From a virus, in the IMG/VR virus record IMGVR_UViG_3300032334_001923, positions 32,001 through 96,000 of that record: a DNA stretch of 64,000 nucleotides; one strand, 5' to 3'. Shown in pieces: positions 37,081 to 45,446 of the stretch (positions are counted from its first letter, which is position 1; each line of letters opens with the position of its first letter). The translations under genes and the position numbers were made by a program. Below the pieces are notes generated by a model that saw nothing but the letters and a program-made list of their open reading frames with translations, made no database searches and was not told where the DNA came from.

Positions 37081-37758
37081 ATGCCAAGTGAAAAAACATA
37101 CCTTGGTAAAGTAGTTGACAATAAAGATCCACTTTACCAAGGAAGAGCAAAAATAAACGTTTTTGGAATCTTTGATGATATCCCAACAGAGGATCTACCT
37201 TGGGCCGAGCAGATTTCCGGTTTATCTTTTGGTGGATCTTACGGAGGTGGTAACACTTCTATTCCCAGAATAGGTTCTGTGGTAGCAGCTCATTTTGAAG
37301 ATGGTAATTACTACAAGATTAATTATCACTACATTAAAGAGATCTCTGAGGATCTTCTGGCAAAGCTTAAGGAGGAGAATTCATACGAGCTTGGCCAGTA
37401 TTTAATATACGACTCTGAATCTAAGCCTGGTCCACTTCATCTATATTACAATCAAAAAGATGGATTTGTTTTTGAACTCGGAGATGCTAAGGTTCAACTC
37501 GACACTCAAAACGGAGGAAATCTTAGAGTTGTTATCAAAATGGGCAAGGATGAAATACGGATGGAAGATAGCAAAGTGATTGTTAATTGTAATAACATAG
37601 AGCTCGGTGAAGGTGCTACAGAGAAGCTTGTACTCGGTAACAAATTCTTACAACTTTTCAATCAGCATACACACCCGACAGGGGTAGGTCCTTCAGGTGT
37701 TCCTGTAGTTCCAATGGTTGATGCACAGCATCTAAGTCAAGTATCTAAAACTAAATAA
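37081..37758 (+). CDS. Baseplate central spike (gp5 OB-fold N-terminus, gpV-like tip)
   Basis: YLGKVVDNKDPLYQGRAKINVFG..LPWAE, IPRIGSVV, and C-terminal FNQHTHPTGVGPS with an HxH metal site. Confidence 0.8.
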   Translation: MPSEKTYLGKVVDNKDPLYQGRAKINVFGIFDDIPTEDLPWAEQISGLSFGGSYGGGNTSIPRIGSVVAAHFEDGNYYKINYHYIKEISEDLLAKLKEENSYELGQYLIYDSESKPGPLHLYYNQKDGFVFELGDAKVQLDTQNGGNLRVVIKMGKDEIRMEDSKVIVNCNNIELGEGATEKLVLGNKFLQLFNQHTHPTGVGPSGVPVVPMVDAQHLSQVSKTK

Positions 37759-37760
37759 GA

Positions 37761-39227
37761 ATGCCAGCAGATTGGTCGTCATTTATAAAAAACGTAAGCG
37801 ATAAATTAAGTTCTCAGAGCATAAAGGGTCCTGAGGACCTGGCTGACTTTTTGACCAAACAATACACCTCTGCAACAGTAGGAAAGGCTCAATCACCATT
37901 CGGCAATACACATCAAAAAGGTCAAGATTCAATAATGTTGGCTGCTTTCTCAAAGGGATTTAAAATGTTAGAGGAGGAGAGAAGTCCAACGTTCCAAGAA
38001 AAACTATTAAATCCATTATACGAGAAATTGGATTCACCTCTTCCTGAAATAAACGCTAGCGATTTCGTAGACAAAACTGATCTTGATTTTAAGAAATGGT
38101 CAGTAGAGCAGGGAGCAGGAATACCAGATTTTACTTTCTCACAGCTGTTTGATACTTTTCCAAAGTATCCAAAGGATGAAAATGAATTGGTTGATAAATT
38201 ATCGGACAGCATACTTTCTAAATTTGATGGAAGTTCGGGATATCTTCTTTGGCTCAATTCTCTTGATGCCGGATATGAACGAGATTTGGGAAGAAAAGTT
38301 TTAGCTAAGATTAACGAGAAAACTAAAAATATTCTTAAAAGAGATCTAGTAGTCGGAGATCGGGTCGTTGCTACAGTTTCTGTTGCTTACGATTTTTATA
38401 ATAGCTTTAACCAAGGTAATAGAAAAGATATAGAGGGAACTCTCGTCTCTATCAGAACAGATTTAATGGGTAGAAAAAAGTATATCATTAAAATTCCGAA
38501 CTCATATGACTATATAGAAGCTGATGAATACTCGGTTGTAAGATTGATAAACCCTACCGATTTTTCTCAGTATAAATCGGAAGTTTTAACTCTAAAGATT
38601 TTTCAAGAAAGCCACTATAACAATCCTCAAAAAATACCTTCAAGATACACGGAAGATTTTATATTAAAATTTACCTACGTGAAGGGTATTGATAACAACC
38701 CTTCTAGATACACCTACAACTACGCATTTTTCGGAGCTCAGCTAAAGAAAGAAAGATATGCTGCTGAGTTTAGAAGAAATATCGATCTTAAAACTAAATG
38801 GGTTAATGAAATTGCTGATAAGTACAGAAATCAAGAGGATCCAAATAAACCAGAAGAAGATACAGAGGATCCTTATGAAATCATAGCAGGCGGGATTATA
38901 GCATATTGGAAATCCACTGTTTCTAGACCCCTTTCAGCTAATCCCCCAGTTCCCCCCTGTACTTTAGTACCCCCAGGAGGAGGGATCTACGTACCGATAT
39001 ATTACGGTGACAAGAAATCACTGGCCAATAATTTAAGGAGGGCTTTTAACACCGGAAAAATGCTCAGCAACCCCATAGATAAGAAAACCCCAGCTAAGCT
39101 AGTTGCTGCTGCTTTGGCCTTCTCTTTTGCAAAAAATCTACTAGAACTTAAGTTTATTTATTTAGGCGGGATTCCTTCCCCTGGAGGTCCAGTTCCTATG
39201 GTGGGTTTTGTTCCACTTGTGTTCTAA
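37761..39227 (+). CDS. Hypothetical virion-associated protein
   Basis: 488-aa ORF downstream of the spike, with Pro/Gly-rich C-terminus. Confidence 0.65.
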   Translation: MPADWSSFIKNVSDKLSSQSIKGPEDLADFLTKQYTSATVGKAQSPFGNTHQKGQDSIMLAAFSKGFKMLEEERSPTFQEKLLNPLYEKLDSPLPEINASDFVDKTDLDFKKWSVEQGAGIPDFTFSQLFDTFPKYPKDENELVDKLSDSILSKFDGSSGYLLWLNSLDAGYERDLGRKVLAKINEKTKNILKRDLVVGDRVVATVSVAYDFYNSFNQGNRKDIEGTLVSIRTDLMGRKKYIIKIPNSYDYIEADEYSVVRLINPTDFSQYKSEVLTLKIFQESHYNNPQKIPSRYTEDFILKFTYVKGIDNNPSRYTYNYAFFGAQLKKERYAAEFRRNIDLKTKWVNEIADKYRNQEDPNKPEEDTEDPYEIIAGGIIAYWKSTVSRPLSANPPVPPCTLVPPGGGIYVPIYYGDKKSLANNLRRAFNTGKMLSNPIDKKTPAKLVAAALAFSFAKNLLELKFIYLGGIPSPGGPVPMVGFVPLVF

Positions 39228-39244
39228 TTTTTTGGACTTTCTTA

Positions 39245-39272
39245 GAAACTTAAGTTTCGATATATAGTATAA
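39245..39272 (+). promoter_or_regulatory. Overlapping promoter motifs: GAAAC-N17-GTATAA, with GATATATA (39259-39266) inside the spacer
   Basis: Both recurrent motifs are present upstream of the S1-like gene (ATG 39310). Confidence 0.55.
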
Positions 39273-39309
39273 TAAATAATATTCAACTAACCTTTTAAAA
39301 CTAAAAAAA

Positions 39310-40473
39310 ATGAATTTTAATCCAGCAGAAAACTTTGATTGGGATATTCCAAATGGGCTTGCGTTTAACACTAAAATTAGAATCCCTGAGGGATCTAAGG
39401 TTTATTGTCATGCTCCATATGCACAGGAGTTAGCCGATCTTTATTTTGCCACTTTTTCACAACAACCAGATTTCGTAGGTAAGGATCTTGATGACGGAGA
39501 AGTTTACGTTTGTAAAATCACCACTCTAAGAGAAGACACTGCATTGGCCCAAACAACATCAGGTCAGACGATCTATATAGATCTTAAAAAAGAAAATAAA
39601 GATGCCCAAAGATTTAACCTTGAGCCTCACGATTTTAAAATTGGAGACGAACTTAAAGCTAGAGTTAGAAAAATAGGAGGTAGCTACTCAGGATCTGTTA
39701 TGGACTATTACATCCATAGTCTTAGAGTTGAACTCTTTGAACAGGTCAAGAAAGAGACAAGTGCTTATAAAGTTAAAATCGAAAGCATCAACAAGGGCGG
39801 TTACATTGTTGACCTCTCCGGCATTAAATGCTTCCTTCCCGGATCTCTTGCTGCTGCTAATAGAATTACCGATTTTGAATCTTATATAGGAAAAGAAATC
39901 CACGTTATGGTGGAAGGCTACGTCGAAGCAAAAGACATCTTTATAGTTTCTTATAAGAAATACCTTAACAGGATTATGGATTCCAAAATACAGGATCTTG
40001 ATCTTACTAAGAAGTATAAAGGTTATGTTACAGGAAAAAGTGAATTTGGTGTATTTGTTGAGTGGGAAGAGGTCTACACTGGTCTTATCCACAAAACCGA
40101 ATTCGAGGAGAATTCGACAATGTCTTCATTTACTCCTGGCGATGAAATTGAGTTTTACGTAAAAGAGATTAAAGATAACAATAGACTGACCCTAACACTA
40201 GAGAAGCCTCTAGAAAGAAATGTTATAGTTCACGATCTTGACAGACAAGTTAAAGAAGGAACCTGCGAACCTCTAGAAGCTAAAGTTAAGCACAAAAGGA
40301 AAAACGGAATCCTGATTGAGCTAGTCCCTCATGGTCTAATGGCTCTTATTCCCCAAGATAAATTAGGAAAGAAAACAAAAAACCTAAAATCTGGTGATGA
40401 ACTAGTAGTTTCAATATACGATGTTGAACCAACTACTGGTAAAATATTTGCTGAGCCTAATAATGACCAATAA
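39310..40473 (+). CDS. rpsA: Ribosomal protein bS1 homolog (3-4 S1 domains)
   Basis: VKIESINKGGYIVDLSGIKCFLPGS, GYVTGKSEFGVFVE..TGLIHKTEF..GDEIEFYV..RLTLTL and a further OB repeat. The N-terminal ENFDWD resembles the Bacteroidota bS1 N-terminus as recalled. Confidence 0.8.
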   Translation: MNFNPAENFDWDIPNGLAFNTKIRIPEGSKVYCHAPYAQELADLYFATFSQQPDFVGKDLDDGEVYVCKITTLREDTALAQTTSGQTIYIDLKKENKDAQRFNLEPHDFKIGDELKARVRKIGGSYSGSVMDYYIHSLRVELFEQVKKETSAYKVKIESINKGGYIVDLSGIKCFLPGSLAAANRITDFESYIGKEIHVMVEGYVEAKDIFIVSYKKYLNRIMDSKIQDLDLTKKYKGYVTGKSEFGVFVEWEEVYTGLIHKTEFEENSTMSSFTPGDEIEFYVKEIKDNNRLTLTLEKPLERNVIVHDLDRQVKEGTCEPLEAKVKHKRKNGILIELVPHGLMALIPQDKLGKKTKNLKSGDELVVSIYDVEPTTGKIFAEPNNDQ

Positions 40474-41869
40474 TAGAACACACTTTGACCAACTTAACGC
40501 TCTTAGCTCTTCCGTAATTGGATTTGAATTTGAGTTTTATACAAATATGCTTAAGGGCAAGGCTGCTGAAGCCTTGTCCAAGCTTTTGAATAAGAAGGTC
40601 GTAGTTTCTGAAAAATATCACTCCAATATTCCAGTTGATCAGAACACCTTTAAATTAGAACCTGACTATTCTGGTGGTGGAAAGATGGTGGAATTTATAA
40701 CCGGTCCGCTTCCATATAATGAGGCTATTCCTGTTATGATAAAAACCCTTAAGTGGATAGACGAAAACGGATGGACTAATGATAGATGCGCTTTTCAATT
40801 CTCAGTAAGCTTTGATAAATTTAGAACTGATGTTAAAGATAAGATACAGAATATAGATAAGCTTAAATTTATTCTAGGCCTCGATGAGGGTAAAATCTAT
40901 GATAAATTTGGAAATAGAGCAAGAAACGTTTATGCTAAGTCCATAAAAAGAGTGGTTCCAAGAAATAGGTTTTCTATTCTTGAAAATATTACTCATATAG
41001 ATCCCAAGATGTTTAAGACCCCAGAAGACAAATATTACGGGGTAAACTTCACTAAACTGGATAAGGGATATCTTGAATTCAGATATCTAGGAAACAGGGA
41101 CTACCAGAAGAAAATAAAAGACATCAGAGAGATCATTGATTATGTGGTTCTTTACCTCTACGATCTACTTAGCAGAAGAATATCCGGTTACACTAAGGAT
41201 GATGTTGCTAAGCTTCAGACAATGATGAACGCTTATACTAAGGTTGTTAGATCTTTTAGCAATCCTGAATTCTTCTTTAGAAACTACCCAGATTTTCACC
41301 TTTTTGTTGATCTAAAAGGATGGGATGAAAATATTAAAACTTATTTCCCTTTAATTAGAGACAAAGTTTTTGATCTAATTGTTGAGGGAAACATCGCATC
41401 CGGATATTTTAATTACGATACCACAACTGGAAAATACCAGTTAAAAGACGCAAGAAGCAGGGATGCTTTTATCATAGAAGGAATAGATATGATAGAATGC
41501 GACATCAAAAACGGTGTTATTAAAAACTGCAATATTTACAACTGCGATATTAAAAAGTCATCATTAGAAGATTGCAGTGTTTTATCCGGCTCTAAGATAA
41601 CCTCATCTAAAGTTAAGACTACTATTGTAGAATATGGAAACGAACTCAATGACTGCTTTATTGACTGTGAAAATATGAATATAAACTGTAAAATAGAGGG
41701 TGGAGTATTCAGAGCTGGAAATTTAGGAGAAAATTCAGAGGTTAGCAAAGAAACACATAAAGTTAAAGGCTGGGACGAAATAAGAAAACAAAGATTCGTT
41801 ACAGATAGCAGATTAAAGGATCTTAATGATAAATACAATATCCCTAGGTTCGGGAATATGAACTATTAA
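40463..41869 (+). CDS. Putative amidoligase (COOH-NH2 ligase type 2) with C-terminal beta-helix-like repeats
   Basis: IGFEFEF, LEPDYSGG, VEFITGPL, KYYGVNF, LEFRYLG and IKNCNIYNCDIKKSSLEDC repeats. ATG 40463 overlaps the rpsA stop region. Confidence 0.6.
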   Translation: MTNNRTHFDQLNALSSSVIGFEFEFYTNMLKGKAAEALSKLLNKKVVVSEKYHSNIPVDQNTFKLEPDYSGGGKMVEFITGPLPYNEAIPVMIKTLKWIDENGWTNDRCAFQFSVSFDKFRTDVKDKIQNIDKLKFILGLDEGKIYDKFGNRARNVYAKSIKRVVPRNRFSILENITHIDPKMFKTPEDKYYGVNFTKLDKGYLEFRYLGNRDYQKKIKDIREIIDYVVLYLYDLLSRRISGYTKDDVAKLQTMMNAYTKVVRSFSNPEFFFRNYPDFHLFVDLKGWDENIKTYFPLIRDKVFDLIVEGNIASGYFNYDTTTGKYQLKDARSRDAFIIEGIDMIECDIKNGVIKNCNIYNCDIKKSSLEDCSVLSGSKITSSKVKTTIVEYGNELNDCFIDCENMNINCKIEGGVFRAGNLGENSEVSKETHKVKGWDEIRKQRFVTDSRLKDLNDKYNIPRFGNMNY

Positions 41870-41884
41870 AATAATCCAGCTTAA

Positions 41885-42682
41885 ATGACCCTAGATGAGT
41901 TAGTAAAAGAAATTGAAGACGCATTATCTTTTAGTTGTGCACTTCCTTACAATCTTAACAGAAGCGAAATAGAAAGAATTATCAAAAGAGCTAAAGAATG
42001 GTTTCACGATAATTACCAATATGCTGTAGAGGATAGAATATTTATTATTGCAAATTCAATCTTTAACCACAAGGAATTTAGAGCAACTAGACAGTTAAGA
42101 CTCCCTGATGCTATAGTAACGGTTTATGACGTTAGAGAAGTTGGAGGAAATGGAATTTCTGGCAACCCAGATAGAGACTTCAGTGATTCTAAGCTTTTAG
42201 GATCAGAGCTTCTTCTATCGCCCTTTGTTGGTGATAATCTAGTTTATAGAACCGTAATGTATTCATATTTTGACCTATCTAGAGCATATCTACTTGATAG
42301 CTTTGCTTTTAAATGGAATAAAAACAGCAAAAAATTAACCATTTTAGGTAGGGATCCAAACAGATCAGGAAAACCTGGATCTCCAAGCGGAAACCAGCTT
42401 GCACAGGGATTTGCTGGTACAGGGGGAAAGGACGTTTCTATAAGATGCTTTGTTGCATTGAATGATGAGGATCTCTTTGAAGACGAGCTTTTCGTTAGAT
42501 ATTGTATTGCTAAGTGTAAAATAGCACTTTCTCAAATGCTTGGGGTTTTTACGTATAATCTTCCAGGAGGAGTTCAGATAAATGCTGGCGAGATAGGTGC
42601 TCAAGGATCAACGGAACTTCAGGAGGTAATGGATATGATAAATGGAGAAAATACTCCTTCGTATTTCTTACAATGGAACTAA
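41885..42682 (+). CDS. Neck/head-completion protein (T4 gp13-like)
   Basis: EIERIIKRAKEWF, FKWNKNSKKLTILG, FVRYCIAKCK..YNLPGGVQINAGEI..ELQEV. Confidence 0.75.
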   Translation: MTLDELVKEIEDALSFSCALPYNLNRSEIERIIKRAKEWFHDNYQYAVEDRIFIIANSIFNHKEFRATRQLRLPDAIVTVYDVREVGGNGISGNPDRDFSDSKLLGSELLLSPFVGDNLVYRTVMYSYFDLSRAYLLDSFAFKWNKNSKKLTILGRDPNRSGKPGSPSGNQLAQGFAGTGGKDVSIRCFVALNDEDLFEDELFVRYCIAKCKIALSQMLGVFTYNLPGGVQINAGEIGAQGSTELQEVMDMINGENTPSYFLQWN

Positions 42683-42697
42683 TCAAATAAAACACTT

Positions 42698-42734
42698 AAA
42701 AAAGCCCTAGATTTACTCAAATCTGGGGCTTTTT
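42698..42734 (+). terminator. Intrinsic terminator
   Basis: AAAAAAGCCCTAGATTT-ACTC-AAATCTGGGGCTTTTT, with one G-U pair. Confidence 0.85.
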
Positions 42735-42762
42735 ATTTATGTTGTGAGCGTTAAAAAATAGC

Positions 42763-42770
42763 GATATATA
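42763..42770 (+). promoter_or_regulatory. Putative late promoter GATATATA
   Basis: Starts 25 nt before the ATG at 42788, just after a terminator. Confidence 0.6.
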
Positions 42771-42787
42771 ATAAGATTTTTTTAGCA

Positions 42788-43159
42788 ATGAGAGAGATTT
42801 ATAATAGAGACCCACTAGACCCAAGTTACAATCCATACCAGATTGAAACAACAGACCCTGTTGAAATCTGTGTGGGTCAACTTAAAATGATGCTTTTAAC
42901 AAATAAAGGTGAGGTTTTAGGAGATCCTAAATTTGGATTAAATTTGGAAGATCTGCTATTTAATTTAAACCTTTCTGAGAGTAGCATTAAAAAAGAGCTT
43001 GACCTCTTTTTATTAACTTACGTTCCTCTTTTTGGAAAACTGGGTGGCACATATTCACTTAAATTCTATCTAGGAACACAAAGAGATATAGCGGCTCTAG
43101 ATTTTTTACTTCCTGGAGATGGTGGTTTAGATCCGGTAGTAACCCTAAGAATAACTTAA
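42788..43159 (+). CDS. Baseplate wedge subunit (T4 gp25-like)
   Basis: LKMMLLTNKGEVLGDPKFGLNLEDLLF. Confidence 0.82.
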   Translation: MREIYNRDPLDPSYNPYQIETTDPVEICVGQLKMMLLTNKGEVLGDPKFGLNLEDLLFNLNLSESSIKKELDLFLLTYVPLFGKLGGTYSLKFYLGTQRDIAALDFLLPGDGGLDPVVTLRIT

Positions 43160-43168
43160 TTTATAAAA

Positions 43169-44896
43169 ATGAATATTTTTAAGAAGAATAATATCCTAAT
43201 CAACGGATTACTAAACGACACCTTCGTTTTTTTGCAGGACACCTATAACCAAACTGCAAATCTTTTCACGGTGGCTTCTGCTTGGGGACAAATTCTCTTT
43301 GTGGTTCAGAATCTTTCCCAGATGATTCTCTACTTTATAGAGGATTCCATTACCGAGCTCAATATGGAACAAGCCACTAGAGATTATTCGGTTAGAAGTT
43401 TGGCTAGAATAGCAGGCTATGATCCAGGAAGAGCAACAGCATCACAGGGTGAGGTTTCTATTGCTTGGAATGCAAGAGAATCTGACGTTGGAGGAGGATC
43501 TATAATATTAAATAATTACACACAGATCAGATGCCAAGAAAACGGTAAGCTTTATTCTTTAATTTTTGGATCACAAAAAGTAACCATTCCTCTTACCGGA
43601 GGTACCTCTCCTTTAAGATGTAAGATAGCTCAGGGATTTTTTCAGAGCAACATTGTAACCGGAACTGGACAGGCACTACAGAGCTTCAATATACCAGCAC
43701 AATCTGGATCTTATATAGACCAGTTCTATGTTGATGTTTACGTAAACGAGGAAAAATGGAAGAGATATGATTCTTTATATGATATTCCTCTTAACGGCAA
43801 AGGATACCTAGTAAAAACGGGAATACAGGAAGGTATAGACATTTACTTCGGAAACTCATATTTCGGATTAAATCCTCAGAGTGGATCTAGAATCAGAATA
43901 GAATACTTGCAAACAACTGGAGCTGCAGGGAACTCAAAATCGACAAAAGAAAAACCTCTCACCTATAAATTCAACACAACAGGAACTGACCTATTTGGAA
44001 AAGAAGTAGATGTTAACAACTACTTAAATATAATTCCAGGAGTAGATCCTATGTTCGGAACAAATCCAGAATCGACAAATCTAATTAGACTAGTGGCTCC
44101 AAAGACCAGTAGATCTTTTGTTTTTGCAAATGCTCAAAACTATGAAATTTTCCTAGATAAACTTGGTATATTTTCTCAGGTCCAGGCATTCTCAACTTTT
44201 GATGATGATTATCTTGATGACGATAACGTTGTTTACATTTATCTTGTCCCTGACATAACTTTAAACATAAGTTCAAACGAGGATTATTTCAGTGTTCCGG
44301 TAACTGACTTTTTATTATCTCAAGCTCAAAAAACCGCTGTATTGAATCTTATTCAGGATTCAGGATCAATGATAGCAACCACTGTTGTTAAAATAGTCGA
44401 GCCTATTATCACTAGATACACAGGAAACGTCATCATGACAATGTTCGAGGGCTACGATCCAGAGACTATAAAAACAGAAATCAGAAAAAGGATCTCAACT
44501 TATATGTTAAATCTTAAAAGAAGGGACACCATTCCTAAATCTGATATAATAGCAATCATAGAAGGTATTGATGGTGTTGACTCTGTTAATTTCTTTTTCG
44601 TCGGACAGAAAAATGAAGCAAACCAGTTAGCAGTTCAAAATTTAAGTAACGTTTCAGATATTCAGAAAGATCAGATCTTAGGAATGAACGACTTTGGAGA
44701 CATTGTAATTGGAAGAAATGAACTGGTTGTTTTAAGAGGTGGATGGTCAGATAGAAACGGGACAGTGTTTACTGAAAGTATCGTTGATGGCAAACCCGGT
44801 CCTTTAAACATTAGTATCTCCTCAGTGGTAAAGAAAAACTACAGAGCAGATCTTAATGCTGAAACCAAAAATGTAATTATAAAATCTTCTACATAA
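43169..44896 (+). CDS. Baseplate wedge subunit (T4 gp6 / baseplate J-like)
   Basis: ATRDYSVRSLARIAGYDP, IYFGNSYFGLNP, IRIEYLQTTGAAGN, ESTNLIR, NVVYIYLVP, IEGIDGVDSV. Confidence 0.82.
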   Translation: MNIFKKNNILINGLLNDTFVFLQDTYNQTANLFTVASAWGQILFVVQNLSQMILYFIEDSITELNMEQATRDYSVRSLARIAGYDPGRATASQGEVSIAWNARESDVGGGSIILNNYTQIRCQENGKLYSLIFGSQKVTIPLTGGTSPLRCKIAQGFFQSNIVTGTGQALQSFNIPAQSGSYIDQFYVDVYVNEEKWKRYDSLYDIPLNGKGYLVKTGIQEGIDIYFGNSYFGLNPQSGSRIRIEYLQTTGAAGNSKSTKEKPLTYKFNTTGTDLFGKEVDVNNYLNIIPGVDPMFGTNPESTNLIRLVAPKTSRSFVFANAQNYEIFLDKLGIFSQVQAFSTFDDDYLDDDNVVYIYLVPDITLNISSNEDYFSVPVTDFLLSQAQKTAVLNLIQDSGSMIATTVVKIVEPIITRYTGNVIMTMFEGYDPETIKTEIRKRISTYMLNLKRRDTIPKSDIIAIIEGIDGVDSVNFFFVGQKNEANQLAVQNLSNVSDIQKDQILGMNDFGDIVIGRNELVVLRGGWSDRNGTVFTESIVDGKPGPLNISISSVVKKNYRADLNAETKNVIIKSST

Positions 44897-44899
44897 AAA

Positions 44900-45439
44900 A
44901 TGGCAAATCAAGAAAGTTACTCTCCATTTTTCCCCGGACAGGATAAAGGCGTAAATTACACGGTTGCTGGTCAGAAGCCTCAAACGACTAATACAACTTT
45001 TTACAATTCTAAGGATCTATATGAAACTATTTCTTTAGCAGAGGACAGAGCATATAATATAGGATGCTCTGGATATAGAATGGTTTTGGTTAGTGGTCAA
45101 GGTGTTTATAAATATGCTCCTTGCACAAATTCTCAAGATTATAAGAAATTGATGAAAGAAATGCCCAACATTCCAGTAGAAAGAAGATACTATGATTTTG
45201 ATCCAACGGATAACATCTATGATATTAGAGATAGTTTCAATGACGTTCTCCCTGATGGATTTGATTATAAAAGACAGGTTTTAAGAAGAACTCTATCCAA
45301 TGTTATTTACAGAGATCCTATAAAAGAAGGAATCCTGAATTATTTTGAGAGAGTATTTTTTGGTTTGATTGAATCAACTAAGCAGATCAAAAATTTCTTT
45401 AACTACACTGTAAAAAAGAATAATAGAAGGGTTTTTTAA
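44900..45439 (+). CDS. Hypothetical baseplate-associated protein
   Basis: ORF between the gp6-like and gp7-like genes. Confidence 0.6.
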   Translation: MANQESYSPFFPGQDKGVNYTVAGQKPQTTNTTFYNSKDLYETISLAEDRAYNIGCSGYRMVLVSGQGVYKYAPCTNSQDYKKLMKEMPNIPVERRYYDFDPTDNIYDIRDSFNDVLPDGFDYKRQVLRRTLSNVIYRDPIKEGILNYFERVFFGLIESTKQIKNFFNYTVKKNNRRVF

Positions 45440-45446
45440 ATAGCTT

